The notes under the pieces are model-generated. The model did no database searches and was not told the origin of the DNA. It saw only the letters and a list, made by a program, of their open reading frames with translations. A stretch of 64,000 nt of DNA from contig DASZJD010000111.1 of NCBI GenBank assembly GCA_035948415.1, positions 17,873 to 81,872 on the forward strand, given 5' to 3'. This document shows positions 51,441 to 60,127 of the stretch, piece after piece. The DNA comes from Acidimicrobiia bacterium (lineage in GTDB: Bacteria > Actinomycetota > Acidimicrobiia > IMCC26256 > PALSA-555). Each line of letters opens with the position of its first letter. Within the stretch, counting starts at the first letter, position 1. The position numbers and the translations under genes are program-made.

Positions 51441-52457
51441 TCAGCCGACGAGCGGGAGACCGAGGGTGGGCTCGACGCCGTCGTCGAGCGGGGTGGGCCC
51501 GTCGGCCTGGAGCCGCCACCAGGCCGCGGCGGCGATCATCGCCGCGTTGTCCGTGCACAGCGCCGGGGCCGGGAGCAGGGCCCGACGGCCGGTCGCCTCG
51601 GCCAGGGCCCGGACCCGCCGGCGCAGCGCGGTGTTGGCGGCCACCCCGCCGCCGACCACCAGCGTGGGCGCCTGGGCCTCGTCGGCGGCGCCGGCCAGCT
51701 TCTCGACCAGCTGGTCGACGACCGCGGCCTGGAACGAGGCGGCGACGTCGGCCACCGGGGCGTCGGGATGGCGACGCCAATAGTTCACGACCGCGGTCTT
51801 GAGCCCGGCGAACGAGAAGTCGGGCTCGCCCGGCATCGCCCGCGGGAAGGGGATGGCGTCGGGGTCGCCCCGGCGGGCCAGCCGGTCGATGGCCGGCCCG
51901 CCGGGGTAGCCGAGGCCGAGGTGGCGGGCGACCTTGTCGAAGGCCTCGCCGGCGGCGTCGTCCACCGTCTGGCCGATCACCCGGTAGCGGCCGTGGTCCT
52001 CCACGACCACGAGGAGGGTGTGCCCGCCGGACACGATGAGCACGGCGAGGGGCGGCTCGAGTTCCGGGTCCTCGAGCCACGCCGCGTAGAGGTGGGCCTC
52101 GAGGTGGTTGACGCCGACGTAGGGCACGCCGGTGACGAGCGCGAGGGCCTTCGCGGCGCTGACGCCGACGAGCAAGGCGCCCGCGAGCCCCGGGCCTCGG
52201 CACGCTGCCACCGCGGCGAGGTCGCCGGCCTCGGTGGCGGCCTCCCCGAGCGCCTCGGCGATGACGGGTCCGATCAGCTCGACGTGGGCGCGGCTGGCGA
52301 CCTCGGGGACGACGCCACCGAAGCGCGCGTGCAGGTCCACCTGGCTGGACACGATCGAGGATCGCACCGTGCGCCCGCCGACGACCACCGCCGCCGCGGT
52401 CTCGTCACAGGACGTCTCGATGCCGAGGATCGGCCGGCGCTGGTCGTCGCCGCTCAC
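51441..52457 (-). CDS. tsaD: tRNA N6-adenosine threonylcarbamoyltransferase
   Basis: ORF 51441..53219 trimmed to GTG 52457, which overlaps the rimI stop (GTGA). Motifs: ILGIETSCDETAAAVV, VNHLEAHL and LIVSGGHT. Confidence 0.94.
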   Translation of the reverse strand: MSGDDQRRPILGIETSCDETAAAVVVGGRTVRSSIVSSQVDLHARFGGVVPEVASRAHVELIGPVIAEALGEAATEAGDLAAVAACRGPGLAGALLVGVSAAKALALVTGVPYVGVNHLEAHLYAAWLEDPELEPPLAVLIVSGGHTLLVVVEDHGRYRVIGQTVDDAAGEAFDKVARHLGLGYPGGPAIDRLARRGDPDAIPFPRAMPGEPDFSFAGLKTAVVNYWRRHPDAPVADVAASFQAAVVDQLVEKLAGAADEAQAPTLVVGGGVAANTALRRRVRALAEATGRRALLPAPALCTDNAAMIAAAAWWRLQADGPTPLDDGVEPTLGLPLVG

Positions 52458-52999
52458 CGACGACGGTCCTCGTAGCGGGTCTCGCCCGGGATGGCGCGTT
52501 CCACGGCGGCGAGCAGCGCGGCGTAGTCCGGGGTGTCGACGTCGTGGGCCCACATGACGACCGCGTCCTCGTGCGTCTCCTGGTAGTAGTTCTTGCGGAC
52601 GCCGACGGGCCCGAAGCCGAAGCGCCGGTACAGGTCCTGGGCGGCCCGGTTCGAGAGTCGGACCTCGAGGGTGAGGTTCCGAGCGTGGCGAGCGATCGAC
52701 TCGCGGGCCAGGACCAGCAGCAGGCGGGTGCCGATCTTCCGGCGGTGCCAGGCCGGATCCACCGCGATCGTCGTGATGTGCGCGTCCTCGCCGGTCAGCA
52801 TGATCCCGGCGTAGCCGACGACGTCGCGCCCGACCCGGGCGACGAAGTAGGCCCGCGAGCCGCGCAGGGCCAGCTCCGACAGGAACAGCGAGTGACTCCA
52901 CGGGCGCGGGTACACGAGGCCCTCGATGCGCAGCACCGACCGCAGGTGCCGGCGCCGCATCTCGACCACGTGGACGACGAGCGGCTCGGTGACCGTCAT
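52454..52999 (-). CDS. rimI: Ribosomal-protein-alanine N-acetyltransferase (GNAT)
   Basis: ATG 52999 overlaps the tsaB stop (ATGA). 181 aa. Motifs: PWSHSLFLSEL, AVDPAWHRRKIGTRLL and LEVRLSNRAAQDLYRRFGF. Confidence 0.88.
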   Translation of the reverse strand: MTVTEPLVVHVVEMRRRHLRSVLRIEGLVYPRPWSHSLFLSELALRGSRAYFVARVGRDVVGYAGIMLTGEDAHITTIAVDPAWHRRKIGTRLLLVLARESIARHARNLTLEVRLSNRAAQDLYRRFGFGPVGVRKNYYQETHEDAVVMWAHDVDTPDYAALLAAVERAIPGETRYEDRRR

Positions 53000-53685
53000 C
53001 GCCCCGGCCACGCCAGCTCGGCGTCGCTGGCCCGCAGGTAGAGCGGCTGCACCGCCCACGAGGAGCTGAACTCCTCCCGCTCCACCCGGCCGGTGGCGAG
53101 CTCCACGAGCGCGGTCGCGCTCGGGCGCTCGAACTCCGGGCCGGCGTCCTCGGCTCGGTCGAGGGCGGCGAACTCGTCGCGGTTGGCCTCGACCCCGTCG
53201 CCGGCGAGGAGGACTTCATCGCCCCCGGCCGCGAGCTCGGCCACGACGTCGGCGGCGGCGCCGACGGCGTACTCCGACACCCGCTGCACCCCGCCCGGCA
53301 CCGGCCGGTACTGGGCGTGGAAGACCTCGCGGCGGCGGGCGTCGAGCACCACGGCGATGAGGCGGCCGGCGTGGCGCAGCGGGTAGGCCACGAGGTCGGG
53401 GCTCGGCACCGCCACCACCGGGACCCGCAGCGTCTGGGCCATGACCTTGGCCGTGGTGACGCCGACCCGCAGCCCGGTGAAGAGCCCGGGGCCCACGCCG
53501 ACCGCGACCGCGGCCAGCTGCTCGAGCCGCACCCCGGTCTGCTCGCAGAGGTAGGCGATGGCCGGCACGAGCTGCTCGGCGTGGCGGCGGCGGCCGGCCA
53601 GGCGGACCTCGCCCCGGACGCGTCCGTCGTCGCCGATCGCGACCGCGACCTGCGGCGTGGCGGTGTCCAGGGCGAGCAGCAGCAT
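52996..53685 (-). CDS. tsaB: tRNA t6A biosynthesis protein TsaB
   Basis: ATG 53685 shares 1 nt with the tsaE stop (TGATG). 229 aa. Motifs: MLLLALDTATPQVAVAI and VGVGPGLFTGLRVGVTTAK. Confidence 0.9.
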   Translation of the reverse strand: MLLLALDTATPQVAVAIGDDGRVRGEVRLAGRRRHAEQLVPAIAYLCEQTGVRLEQLAAVAVGVGPGLFTGLRVGVTTAKVMAQTLRVPVVAVPSPDLVAYPLRHAGRLIAVVLDARRREVFHAQYRPVPGGVQRVSEYAVGAAADVVAELAAGGDEVLLAGDGVEANRDEFAALDRAEDAGPEFERPSATALVELATGRVEREEFSSSWAVQPLYLRASDAELAWPGR

Positions 53686-54170
53686 CACGCGGCACCGAGG
53701 GCCGCGGCGAGGGCGTCCCGACGTTCGAGCCACGTCCGCCCACGCGGCGCGAAGGCGAGGGCGCGGTCGTCGACGGCGTCGACGTCCGGGCCGGGCGCCA
53801 GCCGCACCTCGAGGTGCTCGGGCGAGAGGTACGCCAGCGCCACGTCGCCCCACTCGACGGCCAGCACGGCGTCGTCGGCCAGGTCATCGAGCCCGAGGTC
53901 GAGCAGCTCGTGGGCGCGGTCGAGCCGGTAGATGTCGGCGTGGACGAGCCGGACGCGCCCCCGGTACTCGCGGGCGAGCGTGAACGTGGGGCTCACCACC
54001 CCGTCGCGGATGCCGAGGCCCTCGGCGAGCCCCTGCACGAACGTGGTCTTGCCCGACCCGAGGGCGCCGGCGACGACCAGGACGTCGCCCGGGCGGACCA
54101 GGGTGGCGACGGCCCGGCCGACGCCGCGCGTCTCCTCAGGGGAGCCGGAGAGCAGGGCGAGGTCGGTCAC
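53685..54170 (-). CDS. tsaE: tRNA t6A biosynthesis ATPase TsaE
   Basis: GTG 54170 overlaps the UDG stop (GTGA). 161 aa. Walker A motif GALGSGKTTFVQGL, followed by SPTFTL and HADIYRL. Confidence 0.9.
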   Translation of the reverse strand: MTDLALLSGSPEETRGVGRAVATLVRPGDVLVVAGALGSGKTTFVQGLAEGLGIRDGVVSPTFTLAREYRGRVRLVHADIYRLDRAHELLDLGLDDLADDAVLAVEWGDVALAYLSPEHLEVRLAPGPDVDAVDDRALAFAPRGRTWLERRDALAAALGAA

Positions 54171-54790
54171 CCGGCGTTCGCGCGGGCCAGGGCCCGCTTC
54201 ACGACCACGAAGTCGGCGCGGGCCTGCGCGAGCGCCGTGCCCCCGTTCCGCAGCACCGCGGCCGGGTGCAGGGTGGGGATGAGCACGGCTCGACCGGCCC
54301 GATAGGGGATCTCCCTGCCGCGCAGCTTCGTGATCCCCTCCTTGGTCTCGAGGAGGAGCCGGGTCGCGAAGTTGCCGAGCGTGACCAGGACACGCGGCGC
54401 CACGAAGTCGAGCTGCGCCTCGAGGTACGGCCGGCAGGCGTCGATCTCGGCCGGCAGCGGGTCCCGGTTGCCCGGCGGACGGCACTTCACGACGTTGCAG
54501 ATGTACACGTCGTCGCGGCGGAGCCCGATCCCCTCGATGAGCCGGGTGAGGAGCTGGCCGGCTCGGCCGACGAAGGGGATGCCCTGGCGGTCCTCCTCGG
54601 CGCCGGGCCCCTCACCGACGAACACGAGGTCGGCGCCGGGGTCGCCGACGCCGAACACCACCTGGGTGCGGTGCTCGGCTAGCGGGCACTTCGTGCACGC
54701 GGCGGCGACCTCGGCCAGCTCCTGGAAGGAGCCCCACGTCGGCGTGGGCTCGAGCAGCGTCATCGGGCCTCGATCATCGTCGGGGCTCAA
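54167..54790 (-). CDS. Uracil-DNA glycosylase, family 4
   Basis: 207 aa. Motifs: C..CPLAEHRTQVVFGVGDPGADLVFVGEGPGAEED, GIPFVGRAGQLL, NVVKCRPPGNRDP and HPAAVLR. The TTG 54790 overlaps the upstream TGA (TTGA). Alternative ATG at 54763. Confidence 0.9.
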   Translation of the reverse strand: MSPDDDRGPMTLLEPTPTWGSFQELAEVAAACTKCPLAEHRTQVVFGVGDPGADLVFVGEGPGAEEDRQGIPFVGRAGQLLTRLIEGIGLRRDDVYICNVVKCRPPGNRDPLPAEIDACRPYLEAQLDFVAPRVLVTLGNFATRLLLETKEGITKLRGREIPYRAGRAVLIPTLHPAAVLRNGGTALAQARADFVVVKRALARANAG

Positions 54791-55674
54791 TCATCGTCCG
54801 CCTGGACGGCGTCGCGCACCGCCGCCTCGACGACCTCGGTCGCCGCCACCCGGAGGCGGTCGAGGTGGGCCTCGACGGCGCCGACCGCCACGACGATCGC
54901 CAGGTCGCCGTCGTGTCGGGTGTGTGAGGGGTGCACGGCGCGGGCCAGCCCGTGATGGGCGCTCTGGGCCACGAGCCCGCAGTCGGTCTTCGTCAGCCGG
55001 GCGTCGGTCGCGACGACCACGAGGGTGGTGTTCGGCTCGCCGGTCGGCGGCGGGTCGGGGAAGGCCTCGACCTCCGGGCCCGCCCTTGAGCCGGCGAGCA
55101 CGCGCCCGGCGGGATCGAGCACGTCGCCGAGCGCGTTCACCACCGCGAGGGCACCCACCGTCGCCGCCCCGACGACGGCGCTCGCCGAGCCGAGGCCGCT
55201 CGGCACCGCGTGCTCGGGGCCCCGCCACTTGCCGACGGTGGCGCCCCGACCGGCGCCGACCCGGCCGGTCCGGAGCCGGGGGCCGGCCGCGGCGGCCGCG
55301 GCGGCGGCGCGGCCCTCGTCGGGCCCGGGGAAGGCGCCGCCGGATTCGACGAGGTCGTAGATCGCGGCGGTGGGCACGATGGGCACCGGGCCGCCGCGGG
55401 TCGGGACGCCGCGGCCCCGCTCGGCCAGCCACGCCATGACGCCGTCGGCCGCCGCGAGCCCGAACGCCGACCCACCGGTGAGCACGACGGCGTCGACGGC
55501 GTCGACCGTCCGACCCGGCTCGAGGACGGCGAGCTCCCGGGTGGCCGGCGCCCCGCCCCGCAGCTCGGCGCCGCCGGTGGTCCCGTCGGGGACGAGGACC
55601 ACCGTGACCCCGGTCCCGGTCCCCGTCCAGTGCCCGACCTGCACGCCGGGCACGTCGGTGATCGCGCCCGTCAC
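54787..55674 (-). CDS. Peptidase family S58 / P1 (DmpA-like aminopeptidase)
   Basis: 295 aa. Motifs: ITDVPGVQVGH, TGVTVVL, GGAPATRE and LTGGSAFGLAAADGVMAWL. The GTG 55674 overlaps the upstream stop (GTGA). Confidence 0.85.
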   Translation of the reverse strand: MTGAITDVPGVQVGHWTGTGTGVTVVLVPDGTTGGAELRGGAPATRELAVLEPGRTVDAVDAVVLTGGSAFGLAAADGVMAWLAERGRGVPTRGGPVPIVPTAAIYDLVESGGAFPGPDEGRAAAAAAAAGPRLRTGRVGAGRGATVGKWRGPEHAVPSGLGSASAVVGAATVGALAVVNALGDVLDPAGRVLAGSRAGPEVEAFPDPPPTGEPNTTLVVVATDARLTKTDCGLVAQSAHHGLARAVHPSHTRHDGDLAIVVAVGAVEAHLDRLRVAATEVVEAAVRDAVQADDD

Positions 55675-56678
55675 GCGGCCCCGGCCGTCGCCGGCAGCGC
55701 GCCCACGTGGCGCGCGAAGTCGAGCAGGAGCCGGTGGAACACCTCCGTGCGCTCGAGCATGATCATGTGGCCGGCGCCGTCCAGGAGCTCGAGGCGGGCC
55801 CCGGGGATCAGCGCCGCGAGGCGGCGCGACTCCGCCGCGGGCGTGATGACGTCGGCGGTGCCGCCGATCACGAGGGTCGGGACATCGAGCGAGGGGAGGT
55901 CGGCGGTCAGGTCGAGGCCGAGGAGCGCGGCGGTCGCCTCCCGCGCCGTCGCGCGCTCGCAGCTGGCCAGCATCTGACGGTTCAGCTCCACCTGGCTGGC
56001 CAGGGGCTGCCGGCCGAACCCCACCCGCGCGAACACCGTCCCGAGGTCACGGCGCGTCATGAGCCGCCGAAGGTCGAGGCTGCCGGTCACCCGCTCCGCG
56101 ACGCAGCGCAGCCGCCGGGACGCGGACACGCTGGTCTTCCCGAGCGTCGACAGCAGCACCAGACCGGCGACCCGCTCGCGCAGGATCTCGGGGTAGTCGA
56201 GCGCGAAGGCCTGCGCGGCGACGCCACCCATCGAGTGGCCCACGAGGATCGCACCGCGGAGGTCGAGGCCCTCGAGGATGGTGCGCATGTCGGCGGCCAG
56301 GTTGGCGACCGAGTGCCCGCTGGAGCCGAGCGAAGATTCGCCGTGGCCGCGGTGGTCGAAGGCGATCACCTGGACGCCCGCCTGGGGCAGCTCCCGGAAC
56401 TGCTTCACCCACACCCGGGACGTGATCGTGACGCCGTGGGAGAAGAGCAGCGGCGGACCCAGACCGCGCCGGACGACGTACGCGGTGCCGGCGTCGTGCG
56501 TGGGGAGCCGAAGGGCGTCGTCGAACTCGAGCGCGCCGAGCTGGTCGGCGTCGGGGTCGGGGCGCTCGCGCAGCGAGCGCAGCACCGCCCGCTCACCGAC
56601 GTACCCGGCCACGGCCGCGCCGGCGGCCACGCCGGCCGTGACGCCCAGCGTCTGGAGCGCGCGGCGCGAGACGTTCAT
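55671..56678 (-). CDS. Alpha/beta hydrolase with an N-terminal membrane anchor
   Basis: ORF 55671..57383 trimmed to ATG 56678, which overlaps the alr stop (ATGA). 335 aa. Motifs: LLFSHGVT, DHRGHGES, nucleophile elbow LVGHSMGG and GAGHMIMLE. Confidence 0.88.
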   Translation of the reverse strand: MNVSRRALQTLGVTAGVAAGAAVAGYVGERAVLRSLRERPDPDADQLGALEFDDALRLPTHDAGTAYVVRRGLGPPLLFSHGVTITSRVWVKQFRELPQAGVQVIAFDHRGHGESSLGSSGHSVANLAADMRTILEGLDLRGAILVGHSMGGVAAQAFALDYPEILRERVAGLVLLSTLGKTSVSASRRLRCVAERVTGSLDLRRLMTRRDLGTVFARVGFGRQPLASQVELNRQMLASCERATAREATAALLGLDLTADLPSLDVPTLVIGGTADVITPAAESRRLAALIPGARLELLDGAGHMIMLERTEVFHRLLLDFARHVGALPATAGAA

Positions 56679-57811
56679 CCGAGGTACCGCCTCGGGACCC
56701 GGGGCCCGATGCCGGTGACGATCTCGTACCCGATGGTGCCGAGCCGCTCCGCCCACTCCTCGGCGGTGATCGACTCCCCGCCCTGCGCGCCCAGCAGCAC
56801 CACCTCGTCGCCGACGTCGACCGGGTCGTCTCCGACGTCGACCATGAGCTGGTCCATCGTGACCGCGCCGGCGATCGGGTGCCGTCGGCCGCCGATCAGG
56901 ACCTCGCCGCCGGCCAGCCCGAGGTTGCGGGGCACGCCGTCGGCGTACCCGACCGGCACGGTCGCGACTCGGCCTGCGGCCGGGAGCGCGTAGCGAAGCC
57001 CGTAGGAGAGGCGCGAGCCCGCCGGGAGCGTCTTGACGAAGGTGACCCGGGCCCGCACCGACAGGGCCGGGACGAGCGCGACCCGATCGGCCAGGGCGGG
57101 AGCCGGCGTGACGCCGTACAGCGCGATGCCGACCCGTACCAGGTCGAGGCGGGCCTCCGGGAACGCCAGGAGCGCGGCGGAGTTGGCCGCGTGCGCGATC
57201 GGCCGGCGGCCCGTCCACCCCTCGAGGTCGGCGAGGAGACGGCGGAACTCCGCCAGCTGACCCGCGGTCTCCGGTCGTTCGGGCTCGTCGGCGACGGCGA
57301 AGTGCGTGCAGAGGCCCTCGAGCGCGAGCTCGGGCCGCGCCGCGATCGCCTCGACCAGAGGCCGCACGGACGCGGGGGCGCACCCCACGCGGTGCATGCC
57401 GGTGTCGACCTTCAGGTGGACGGGCAGCGGCGAGTCCGGAGCGGCCTCGGCGACGGCCTTCGCCAGCGCCTCCACCGCCGGCTCGGTGTACACGACCGGG
57501 GTGAGCCCGGCCCGGACGACGGCGGCCGCGGCACCGGGCGGGGGCTCGGAGAGGACGAGGATCGGCGCCTCGAGCCCGGCGGCCCGGAGGGCTGCGCCCT
57601 CCTCGACCAGCGCCACCCCGAGCCAGGTTGCGCCGGCGTCGAGGGCGGCCCGGGCGGTCGGCACCGCGCCGTGCCCGTAGCCGTCGGCCTTCACCACCGC
57701 CAGCAGCGCCGCCGGTGCGGCGAGGGCGGCCAGCTGGCGCGCGTTGGCGCGAATGGCGTCGAGGTCCACCTCACCCCACGTGGGTCGGACCTGGGCCTCC
57801 GGAGCGGTCAC
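56675..57811 (-). CDS. alr: Alanine racemase
   Basis: 378 aa. AVVKADGYGHG carries the PLP lysine motif, and there is a C-terminal VGYADG. The GTG 57811 overlaps the CBS gene's stop (GTGA). Confidence 0.94.
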   Translation of the reverse strand: MTAPEAQVRPTWGEVDLDAIRANARQLAALAAPAALLAVVKADGYGHGAVPTARAALDAGATWLGVALVEEGAALRAAGLEAPILVLSEPPPGAAAAVVRAGLTPVVYTEPAVEALAKAVAEAAPDSPLPVHLKVDTGMHRVGCAPASVRPLVEAIAARPELALEGLCTHFAVADEPERPETAGQLAEFRRLLADLEGWTGRRPIAHAANSAALLAFPEARLDLVRVGIALYGVTPAPALADRVALVPALSVRARVTFVKTLPAGSRLSYGLRYALPAAGRVATVPVGYADGVPRNLGLAGGEVLIGGRRHPIAGAVTMDQLMVDVGDDPVDVGDEVVLLGAQGGESITAEEWAERLGTIGYEIVTGIGPRVPRRYLG

Positions 57812-58278
57812 GCGTCGGCGGCGACCCGGCGCACCAGGTCGCCGCGGGCGATGATCCCGACGAGCCGCCCGTCGTCGTCGACGACCGGCAGGTGCGTCAC
57901 GTCGCGGTCGTGCATCCTCGCCGCCACGTCCCCGAGCGTGTCGCCGGGCCGCGCCGTCTCGAACTTGGTTGTCATGAGGTCCTTGACCGTGGCCGCGACC
58001 ATGCGCCGCAGCTCGGCCTCGAAGCGCTTCTGGGCGCCGGGCAGCGGGAACTCGGCGCCGAGGACGTTGAACCAGGTCGGGGCGTGGAGGTTCGCCTCGG
58101 TCACGATGAGGTCCTCGTCGCGCAGGAGTCCGACCACCTTGTTGTCGGTGTCCACCACGGGGGCGGCCCCGATTCCCCGCTCGGCGAGCAGGTCGGCGCC
58201 CTCCTGGAAGCTCTGCTCGGGCCGAAGCGTCACCACCGGGGTCGTCATGACGTCGCGGACGGGGGTGGTGGTGGGCAT
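57808..58278 (-). CDS. Stand-alone CBS-pair domain protein (156 aa)
   Basis: This is the 3' part of ORF 57808..59259. The ATG 58278 shares 1 nt with the nnr stop. It has two CBS-like repeats: VRDVMTTPVVTL...GAAPVVDTDNKVVGLL and VKDLMTT...HLPVVDDDGRLVGIIARGDL. Confidence 0.85.
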   Translation of the reverse strand: MPTTTPVRDVMTTPVVTLRPEQSFQEGADLLAERGIGAAPVVDTDNKVVGLLRDEDLIVTEANLHAPTWFNVLGAEFPLPGAQKRFEAELRRMVAATVKDLMTTKFETARPGDTLGDVAARMHDRDVTHLPVVDDDGRLVGIIARGDLVRRVAADA

Positions 58279-59714
58279 CAGCGCTCCCGGGGTCCGGGGT
58301 TCAGGCCGTGCAGCGTGCGGGGCAGCGCCGCGATCAGGTCGCCGGCGATGAGGCCAGTATGCCCGGCGACGTCCCCGGCCCGGCCGTGGACGTAGGCACC
58401 GGCGGCGGCGGCGGCGAACGGTGTCAGGCCGCGGGCCAGCAGGCCCCCGATGATGCCGGTGAGCACGTCGCCGCTGCCCGCGGTGGCCAGCTCGGCGCCG
58501 CCGGTCGGGTTGATCACCGCCCGTCCCGAGGGGTCGGCGATGACGGTCGCGGGCCCCTTCAGCAGGGTCACGCAGCCGCTGGCGGCGGCGAGGCGCCGGG
58601 CGGCGTCGACTCGGTCGTCGCCGACCGGCTCGCCGGCGAGCCGCGCGTACTCCCCGTCGTGCGGGGTGAGCACCGTGGGCGCGGGGCGCTCTCGGAGCGC
58701 GGCGGCCTGGCCGGCGAAGGCGTTGAGACCGTCGGCGTCGAGGACCAGCGGCACCGGCGTCTTGGCGACGAGCTCCCGGAGCGCGGCCCGGGTGGCGTCG
58801 GCGGTCCCGAGGCCCGGTCCGACCGCGGCGGCGCGGAACCGGCCCAGGCTGGCGGGCAGATCGCCGAGCCCGGCCAGCGCGCCGTCGTCGGTCGCCGGCA
58901 TCGGCTTCGTGATCACCTCGGAGCCGCTCCCTCGCGCCGCGGCGTCGCGGCCGGGCACCGCGCACCAGACGATGCCGGCGCCGGCCCGCATGGCGGCGTG
59001 ACTCACGAGGACGGGCGCGCCGGTCATCCCGCCCGACCCACCGACGACGAGCAGCCCGGCCTGCCACTTGTTCGTGGTGGGAGGGGGCTCGGAGGCGCGC
59101 AGCCACGCGCGGACGTCGTCGTCCTCCAGCACGTGCAGCGCCGGCTCGCCGACGTCGACCCCGATGTCGGCGACCATGACCGCGCCGGCGTGGCTGCGCC
59201 CGGGCTCGAGGACGAGCCCGGGCTTGCGGGACGCGAAGGCGACGGTCGCGGTCGCCCACACCGCTGGTCCCTCGGCTTGGCCGGTGCGCCCGTCCACGCC
59301 CGACGGGATGTCGACGGAGACCGTCAGCGACGACGGGCTGGCGGCGGCGACCTCGGCCGCGCTCCCCTCGAGGCGACCGGTGAACCCGGTGCCGTACATC
59401 GCGTCGACGAGGACGTCGGCGCGTCGGAGCGACCGGGCGAGCTCCGTCGACGCCACCGGTTCGGCGAGCTCGATGACGTCGGCGCGCAGCCCCCAGCCGG
59501 CCAGCACCCGAGCCGCGACGAGCCCGTCGCCGCCGTTGTTGCCCTTGCCGCAGACCACGACGCCCCGACGTCCGTAGAGGCCGTCGAGCCGCCGGCGCAC
59601 CTCCCAGGCGACGGCGCGGCCGGCCCGCTCCATGAGCACCGCGACCGGCGTCCCGGAATCGGTGGCGCGGCGGTCGGCCGCAGCCATCTCGGCTGGGGTC
59701 AGGACGGGCTGCAC
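58278..59714 (-). CDS. nnr: Bifunctional NAD(P)H-hydrate epimerase / ADP-dependent dehydratase
   Basis: ORF 58278..60110 trimmed to GTG 59714, 2 nt after the acpS stop. 478 aa. Motifs: CGKGNNGGDG (YjeF-N), and GPGLG and ATAGSGDVL (YjeF-C). Confidence 0.9.
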   Translation of the reverse strand: MQPVLTPAEMAAADRRATDSGTPVAVLMERAGRAVAWEVRRRLDGLYGRRGVVVCGKGNNGGDGLVAARVLAGWGLRADVIELAEPVASTELARSLRRADVLVDAMYGTGFTGRLEGSAAEVAAASPSSLTVSVDIPSGVDGRTGQAEGPAVWATATVAFASRKPGLVLEPGRSHAGAVMVADIGVDVGEPALHVLEDDDVRAWLRASEPPPTTNKWQAGLLVVGGSGGMTGAPVLVSHAAMRAGAGIVWCAVPGRDAAARGSGSEVITKPMPATDDGALAGLGDLPASLGRFRAAAVGPGLGTADATRAALRELVAKTPVPLVLDADGLNAFAGQAAALRERPAPTVLTPHDGEYARLAGEPVGDDRVDAARRLAAASGCVTLLKGPATVIADPSGRAVINPTGGAELATAGSGDVLTGIIGGLLARGLTPFAAAAAGAYVHGRAGDVAGHTGLIAGDLIAALPRTLHGLNPGPRER

Positions 59715-59716
59715 GC

Positions 59717-60127
59717 TCAGCCCACCGCGATGGCGACCGCCAGCGCGGTGGTACCGGTGTGGGTCAGCGAGAGGTGCCACGCGCGAACCCCGCGCTCGTC
59801 GGCGAGCTCGGCGGCGCGCCCGTGGAGCTCGACCCGGGGCGCGCCGCCCCGCTGACGGACCACCTCCACATCGCGGAGCTTGAACTTCCAGAGCCCGACA
59901 CCGAGCGCCTTCATGACGGCCTCCTTGGCGCCGAACCGCGCGGCCAGGCTCTTGGCGGGGTCCCGCTGCCGGTAGGCGTAGGAGCGCTCGTCCTCGCTGA
60001 AGAGCCGCTCGCCGAGGCGCTCGCCGCGACGCTCCATCGCGAGGCGGAAGCGCGGGACCTCGACCAGGTCCGTGCCGAGGCCGACGATGCGCAACGCGGA
60101 GGCGTCGCATCGCGTCGCGTCGGTCAC
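59717..60127 (-). CDS. acpS: Holo-[acyl-carrier-protein] synthase
   Basis: GTG 60127 overlaps the glmS-like stop (GTGA). The track start at 60139 and TTG 60094 are alternatives. Motifs: IVGLGTDLVEVPRF, FAAKEAVMKALG-like (FGAKEAVMKALG) and LSLTHT. Confidence 0.88.
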   Translation of the reverse strand: MTDATRCDASALRIVGLGTDLVEVPRFRLAMERRGERLGERLFSEDERSYAYRQRDPAKSLAARFGAKEAVMKALGVGLWKFKLRDVEVVRQRGGAPRVELHGRAAELADERGVRAWHLSLTHTGTTALAVAIAVG